Shown here one piece after another: positions 59,074 through 64,000 of a DNA stretch of 64,000 bases (its first letter is position 1; each line of letters begins with the position of its first letter). Under the pieces are notes generated by a model. That model was not told where the DNA came from. It searched no databases and worked only from the letters and a program-made list of their open reading frames with translations. The DNA is from an uncultured bacterium (lineage in GTDB: Bacteria; Lernaellota; Lernaellaia; JACKCT01): positions 4,860 to 68,859 of the forward strand of contig CAZQAE010000012.1 in the NCBI GenBank assembly GCA_964591275.1. Reading direction: 5' to 3'. The position numbers were made by a program, and so were the translations under genes.

Positions 59074-59584
59074 GATGCCAAAAAAATATTTGATCCTTGA
59101 TGCTAATGTCCTGATCGATTATTTCAAAAGCGATCCTTCGGTCCTCAAGCTTGTGTCCTCACACCTCGGTGAGTTGTTCGTTGCTTTGCCGGTTTTGGAA
59201 GAAGTCAAAGAGGCTGACCAGTCTCTTCTGGAGAGTTTTGGACTGGTGGTGGTCGAACCGGAGGTTGATGCTCTACTTGAGGCGGGAATGAAAAAGGGTT
59301 CTCTTTCCTTCCAGGATCGCATCTGCATTTTACTGGCAAAAGAAAACGGATGGAGTTGCGTTTCAAATGACAAACCACTGCGGCGGGAATGTGAAGCTGA
59401 AGGCATTCCCGTAATGTGGGGCTTGGAGATGATGGTATTGTTGGTAGCGGCAGGCAAGCTCGACCGAAATGCTGCCTTAGAAGTGGCCAACAAAATTCAC
59501 CAAGCAAATCCCAAATACATTGGAAAGGGGGTAGTCGAAGATTTCAAGATGAAAATTGGGTTCGAGAAAAAATGCAAAAAGTAA
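59060..59584 (+). CDS. PIN-like domain protein (DUF4411-type partner of ImmA/IrrE proteins)
   Basis: YLILDANVLIDYF is a PIN-like N-terminal acidic motif, with further conserved D/E positions; overlaps the upstream gene by 14 nt. Confidence 0.5.
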   Translation: MIVNEMPKKYLILDANVLIDYFKSDPSVLKLVSSHLGELFVALPVLEEVKEADQSLLESFGLVVVEPEVDALLEAGMKKGSLSFQDRICILLAKENGWSCVSNDKPLRRECEAEGIPVMWGLEMMVLLVAAGKLDRNAALEVANKIHQANPKYIGKGVVEDFKMKIGFEKKCKK

Positions 59585-59751
59585 AGCCGTGGCGTCAACC
59601 ACGGCTTCGGGTGAAACCACCCAGCCCGTCCTTGCAGGAGCAAGAGACTGACTATTCTGTAACAACACTGCAAGTTTAGTCCTGTTTTTTCCTCATCGTC
59701 AAGGGAAATAGGGTGGATTAACAGTTTGGCTCACGAAAAAGGAGACCATTC

Positions 59752-59880
59752 ATGGCTAAAGGTCCATCAAAAAAACAGGCATCGAAGGCAGGTCGTGTTC
59801 TCGCCAAGAATTCGTCTAGCAAGCCGAAGAAAAGCAAAGCTGGATCGATTCTCTCGCAAGTACGGCGCAAAGAGCGGTAA
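59752..59880 (+). CDS. small basic protein (42 aa), unannotated sORF
   Basis: ATG preceded by AAAGGAGAC; MAKGPSKKQASKAGRVLAKNSSSKPKKSKAGSILSQVRRKER (pI >11); below the 60 aa cutoff of the ORF track. Confidence 0.35.
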   Translation: MAKGPSKKQASKAGRVLAKNSSSKPKKSKAGSILSQVRRKER

Positions 59881-59914
59881 AAAGTCCTCCAGCAACTTGA
59901 AAAGGAGGCGAACA

Positions 59915-60127
59915 ATGATTCGTCAAAGAGTTTCATCATCGAATGTGGCGAATGTAGGCTACGATTCTCAATCACTTACTCTTGAAGTCGGATTCCACTT
60001 TGGAGGCGTCTATCAATATTACCGTGTTCCGATTAGCGAATACCGTAGACTGGTGGGGGCAGCATCTATTGGATCCTATTTGCACAACCACATCAAGGGT
60101 GTCTATTCCTATCGGCGCGTAGCGTAG
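59915..60127 (+). CDS. KTSC domain protein
   Basis: VSSSNVANVGYDSQSLTLEVGFHFGGVYQYYRVPISEYRRLVGAASIGSYLHNHIKGVYSYRR matches the about 60 aa KTSC fold consensus; AAGGAGG RBS. Confidence 0.75.
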   Translation: MIRQRVSSSNVANVGYDSQSLTLEVGFHFGGVYQYYRVPISEYRRLVGAASIGSYLHNHIKGVYSYRRVA

Positions 60128-60141
60128 TCCATTAATGCAGG

Positions 60142-60179
60142 AAACAGGCGGTGGGCATTTATCTGCCGTCTGTTTTTTT
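60142..60179 (+). terminator. rho-independent terminator after the KTSC gene
   Basis: aaacaggcgg-(loop)-ccgtctgttt followed by TTTTTTT. Confidence 0.6.
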
Positions 60180-60382
60180 CACTGGCAACGGCCAGTTATG
60201 GTTGTCTGAAATGCGTTTTATACTCCGAAAGAACCTTATCCCGGATTGAAATGAATGACCCAATAAGAATTTCGACACAACGAATTCCTCAATTATGGAA
60301 AAATGAAGGGGTAATTTAGACAAAATAGGATCCAATTGCAGATTTTTGGTGGAGAACTTCGATAGATGATAATCGTTTTCGC

Positions 60383-62134
60383 CTATCGAATCAGTCCGAA
60401 GAGGAAGGGATCGGTGCTTTGCGGGGCGGTAAATTCCAATATGGCTTCGGCCCAGTCGTTTTTCCCGTTGATGAGCCTGATCCATCCGGCATCGTCGCTG
60501 CTCGATCCATAATGAATCACCTGCATTTCAGGAATGTTGTCCTCGTCGAAATCCCAGAGGCTTCCGCGAAACGCGGCGCCGGCAATGAAATCGGTGTCGA
60601 AAGCGATGGAGGGCCCCAGATCATCGAACACGGCAATGCGATGATGATAATATAGGTCAGCGAGCTCTAGGTAGTGCGTGGATATGGTCGCCAGTTCCGC
60701 CATGTCGTCGCCGTCGAAATCCCGAAGCACGGCGCTAAGGCGCAAATGTTTATTATCTCCATCCCCGGCCAGGCCGTCGAAGGTCGCCGCCGGTCCTTGC
60801 TTCGGATCGGCATACAGTTCAATGGACGCCGGACCGCCCTCCTCGTAGTTTTCCTGACTGACGCCGAAAACCGGTTCCATGCTACCGAAGCTTGCCGCGC
60901 CGATCAGCCCGTCAGGCCGGGTCTGGCCGATCAGATCAATCCTGTCGCCTGTGGCCTCGAAGCGCGTCGCCATCACGTAACCCTCGCCGGATAGATAAAT
61001 GTCGATAAAAGAAAAATCGTCATCGCCCGGGGGATTGGCCATGACAACCAGATCGGACTGTTCGTCATTGTCCAGGTCGTAACGAAAGCTCACCTGCGCG
61101 GAAGTCTCGGCCGGATAAACGAAAGTCCGCTTGGGGGCGCCGAAATTGTCCATGATGAGATAAACGACGGTTTGCGCTTCCTGCTCAAGGGCCAGAGCGA
61201 TTTCCGGATCGCCGTCCCGGTCGGCGTCCGCCGTCGCCGCGGAAAAGGCCCCTGCGCGCCTGAGAGTATAAGGGCCGATTCCGCTAACGGTTTCGCCGTC
61301 CAGGTTCACTGCGTTAAAGCTCACATCGGGCGCGTCGCCCGCGCGATCGTAAACCGCCGTCAAAAACTCCTGGCCCTTGAGGCCGGAAAAGTCTCCCGGT
61401 CCGATCCAGGCCGAACGAACCGGCAGCCCGAGCAGGTCGATAACTTTTCCCGGCGGCGCTGAAATATCCCATAGATCAACGTAGTCCGCGCTTCCGTCAA
61501 AGGCGTGCAATGCGCCGCCTTGATCCCCTGTGGGCCTGACGCGGACGATGAGTTCGGGGATTCCATCGCCGTTTATGTCGGCGTTGGGACCCAAAAAAGC
61601 CTGCGCGTCTTCGTAAGCGCCCAGGATTCTTGAGGACGCCAGGCTTTGCGCGTCGAGTAGAACAACTTCCGATTCGCTGTCGCCCGCCAGACTCATGCTG
61701 ATCCAGGAGACGACGATCTCTGCTTTTCCGTCTCCGGTGAAATCCTCAACCGATATCCAGGCGGTTCCTATTTCCCCAAGTTCTTTTATTTCGCCGACGC
61801 GCCGCACCTCGCCGGAAGGCGACGCGATCAATGAAATCTGCGCCCGGCTGCCCTCATCGGCTATCCATTGCGTCATGGCCAGGGCAAACTTCTCATCGCC
61901 GTCGTCCACTTTGGCCGGAACGAAAAGGAATTGATCCACCGCAACCTCGTCATCGTCGTTGTCGTCATCTGAATCGTCGTTTAGGTCGTCATCAATGGCG
62001 GTATCGTCGTCGGAGTCATCATCCTCGGCGTCGTCATTGGCCTTTGAATCATCATCGTCGCCGCAGTCGCATCCAGCCTGCGTGATGAGCATGAGTAAAA
62101 ATAAAGCGAGAAATATCGTAGTCCATTGGCGCAT
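60383..62134 (-). CDS. secreted lipoprotein with poly-Asp linker and FG-GAP/VCBS-like beta-propeller repeats
   Basis: LITQAGCDCGDDDDSKANDDAEDDDSDDD...; repeated DxDGDGxxE motifs (DFTGDGKAEI, DINGDGIPEL, DADRDGDPEI, DFDGDDMAEL). Confidence 0.55.
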   Translation of the reverse strand: MRQWTTIFLALFLLMLITQAGCDCGDDDDSKANDDAEDDDSDDDTAIDDDLNDDSDDDNDDDEVAVDQFLFVPAKVDDGDEKFALAMTQWIADEGSRAQISLIASPSGEVRRVGEIKELGEIGTAWISVEDFTGDGKAEIVVSWISMSLAGDSESEVVLLDAQSLASSRILGAYEDAQAFLGPNADINGDGIPELIVRVRPTGDQGGALHAFDGSADYVDLWDISAPPGKVIDLLGLPVRSAWIGPGDFSGLKGQEFLTAVYDRAGDAPDVSFNAVNLDGETVSGIGPYTLRRAGAFSAATADADRDGDPEIALALEQEAQTVVYLIMDNFGAPKRTFVYPAETSAQVSFRYDLDNDEQSDLVVMANPPGDDDFSFIDIYLSGEGYVMATRFEATGDRIDLIGQTRPDGLIGAASFGSMEPVFGVSQENYEEGGPASIELYADPKQGPAATFDGLAGDGDNKHLRLSAVLRDFDGDDMAELATISTHYLELADLYYHHRIAVFDDLGPSIAFDTDFIAGAAFRGSLWDFDEDNIPEMQVIHYGSSSDDAGWIRLINGKNDWAEAILEFTAPQSTDPFLFGLIR

Positions 62135-62231
62135 TTTTTCCTCCGCGTATTTGTCAGGCAGGGTCCAGGACCATAGGTTTAAATTTCAAATGTTTTTGAA
62201 AATCCATTTTTTATGCCCGTGAGATGGCCTG

Positions 62232-63839
62232 TCAGGAATCCAAGTCGCTTTTCAATTTTGGCTTAAACAGGTCAAGTGGCTTAAACGCTCCTCTAACCGA
62301 CTTGGTTGCGTCCTTTTCCACGAGGAAGACAACAGTTCTTTCATCGTCGTTCAATGTCATCAGCGTGTATCGATCCGATATGTCGTTTGTCGCCCGCAAA
62401 TCCTTGGTGACGCCGATGATTTCGTAGAATAACTCGCGGTTTTCAATGTCTTTTGGAAATGAGGCGACGTAATACATGGCAGGGTCGTCGCTTTTGGATA
62501 AACCGCTGTGATATTGCATGACCGGCGACGGAAGGTTGCTGACCGTTGTGCGCACGCCGGCGGTCAGTTTGCCGAGTTGCAGGCCAATGGCGCGATGCTC
62601 TTTCGATTGCTCCAGCCAGGATTGATAGGTCTGAAAATGGGTCGGGTAAAAGATCGGCCAGATCAGGCTCACTACAATAATGCCCAGGCTCGCGTATCGA
62701 GTCACATTCCGAGTCGCCGTGCCGCGCTCATGCAACCACTGCGCGATAAGCGGCCACTGGTCGGCCATCATCCAGGCAATCACCGGAATCGCCGGGATGT
62801 AGAGCCTGCCGTAAGGCGCGCCGTCGCCGCCCATGAGGGTTGCGAGAAGGACGAAGCCGAGCAGCCAGACGAGGCCGATAATGCTTCGGATTCGGATCGG
62901 GCTGTCTTTGAATGCGTGATATAGAGCAATAACGACAGTCGCCGTGGCAATGATGTTCGTTATCAGCCAAACCAAGGTGTAGCCTGCTCCGGGGCCGAAG
63001 CGACCGAAGGCATCGAAGGCACCATCGAACATCGCGCCGCCCATGGACAAGCGAAGCGCGGCGAAGGGCGCGAAGAGCAGAATTGCAGCCCCCGCGCCGA
63101 TGGCGGCGTCCTTAAGTTTTGTTTTCGGTTTGCCGAAAACGAGTGTCAGCACTAAGGCGCCCGCAACAAAGAAAACGGCTTCCGGGCGCGCCATCGCGGC
63201 CAGACCCAGGGCCAATCCGCTGCGCCATGACGGCGTTTCATATTCAAGGTGATCGACCAGCAGCAGGAAGCCCGCCGTCATGAATGCCGCGAAAAGAATG
63301 GTATCCATTCCTGAGTTGACGAAAATCCAAATGGCCGGATGCGCGGCGACAAGCCAAAATCCCGAGAAACGCTCGGCGATATCGGGAATGTCGTCTTCTT
63401 CGCGATAGGCTCGCTTTCCCAGGGCCAGCAAAATATAAAGAAAGGCGGCATAGTTGAAAATGCTCGTCAGAATCAGCGGGTTGGCGCTTGCGATCTTCTT
63501 TGCGACGCCGGCCAGAAGGGCGATAAAGAAATTGTTCGGACCCGGCCCGTCCGGTTCAACGACGAGACCGTCTCCGCTTGCAAAGGTCATCGCTGACTGA
63601 AAATTCGCATAACCGTCCGGCAAAGGAGCCATGCCGAATCGCACCGATCCAATGACAAAACACAGGAAGGCCATGGCGATGGCGTAAACCACGTAACGGG
63701 GGATGACCTCGGCGCTACGTGCCGTCAGCAGGAATCCCTGCTTGTCTCTTTTTGCGCCCAGCGTTTGTCGCTTGACGAGTTTGACCTTTTTTTTCCTTTT
63801 CGACATTTCGCTTCGTCTCCTCTCAGAAGTCCGGCGCAT
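62232..63839 (-). CDS. polytopic membrane protein, GT-C-type (ArnT/PMT-like) glycosyltransferase candidate
   Basis: Basic N-terminus, then at least 10 predicted TM helices with periplasmic loops and a C-terminal soluble domain; the family assignment is tentative. Confidence 0.4.
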   Translation of the reverse strand: MRRTSERRRSEMSKRKKKVKLVKRQTLGAKRDKQGFLLTARSAEVIPRYVVYAIAMAFLCFVIGSVRFGMAPLPDGYANFQSAMTFASGDGLVVEPDGPGPNNFFIALLAGVAKKIASANPLILTSIFNYAAFLYILLALGKRAYREEDDIPDIAERFSGFWLVAAHPAIWIFVNSGMDTILFAAFMTAGFLLLVDHLEYETPSWRSGLALGLAAMARPEAVFFVAGALVLTLVFGKPKTKLKDAAIGAGAAILLFAPFAALRLSMGGAMFDGAFDAFGRFGPGAGYTLVWLITNIIATATVVIALYHAFKDSPIRIRSIIGLVWLLGFVLLATLMGGDGAPYGRLYIPAIPVIAWMMADQWPLIAQWLHERGTATRNVTRYASLGIIVVSLIWPIFYPTHFQTYQSWLEQSKEHRAIGLQLGKLTAGVRTTVSNLPSPVMQYHSGLSKSDDPAMYYVASFPKDIENRELFYEIIGVTKDLRATNDISDRYTLMTLNDDERTVVFLVEKDATKSVRGAFKPLDLFKPKLKSDLDS

Positions 63840-63894
63840 GAAAACGCGGGATCAATTTTTCCTACCATGAAATAGTCATGAGTTGTAGCCCTGG

Positions 63895-63907
63895 CCCGAG
63901 ATATTTG
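63895..63907. repeat. solo copy of the TIR-like motif CCCGAGATATTTG
   Basis: Same 13-mer as the inverted repeats bounding 8596-8935. Confidence 0.4.
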
Positions 63908-64000
63908 AAATTTGCGAGACATAATGGTCTGGGTCCAGGCTAAGGTTGTCTTTGATAACAGGCACAAAGGGCCTGCCAATACAGACTGAAGCCCAGACCC

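Overview
This 64 kb window comes from a high-GC (about 55-58%) diderm bacterium. RpoH, a sigma54/FHA activator, a T2SS and a four-subunit 2-oxoacid:ferredoxin oxidoreductase suggest a deltaproteobacterium-like anaerobe. Gene order from the left: an acidic Cys-rich secreted protein; PhoH2; the four-subunit 2-oxoacid:ferredoxin oxidoreductase (delta-alpha-beta-gamma); MutS2; a repeat-rich intergenic region; a GT2 glycosyltransferase and a cytidylyltransferase; and a nearly complete type II secretion cluster gspC-D-E-F-G-H-I-J-K immediately followed by a translationally coupled LtaS/sulfatase-family membrane protein. After that come many secreted lipoproteins carrying poly-Asp tracts right after the lipobox Cys: a C25-like peptidase, two FGE-fold proteins, an FG-GAP propeller protein and others. 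Housekeeping genes follow: a TsaC-methyltransferase fusion, purE, purD, rpoH, gpsA, panCD, a dNK, malic enzyme, an S41 protease, an MBL-fold hydrolase and tRNA-Val. Two SGNH hydrolase paralogs, a sigma54 activator with FHA domains and two outer-membrane beta-barrels are also present. Two low-GC islets look horizontally acquired: an Mrr restriction gene flanked by inverted repeats, and an XRE-ImmA/PIN-like defence-type module with a KTSC protein. Several dispersed small repeat families are visible directly in the sequence: a palindromic REP/MITE-like element at 3 loci, a TIR-bounded 340 bp element, and a conserved 25 nt motif placed right at the stop codon of three genes. No CRISPR array or rRNA was seen.
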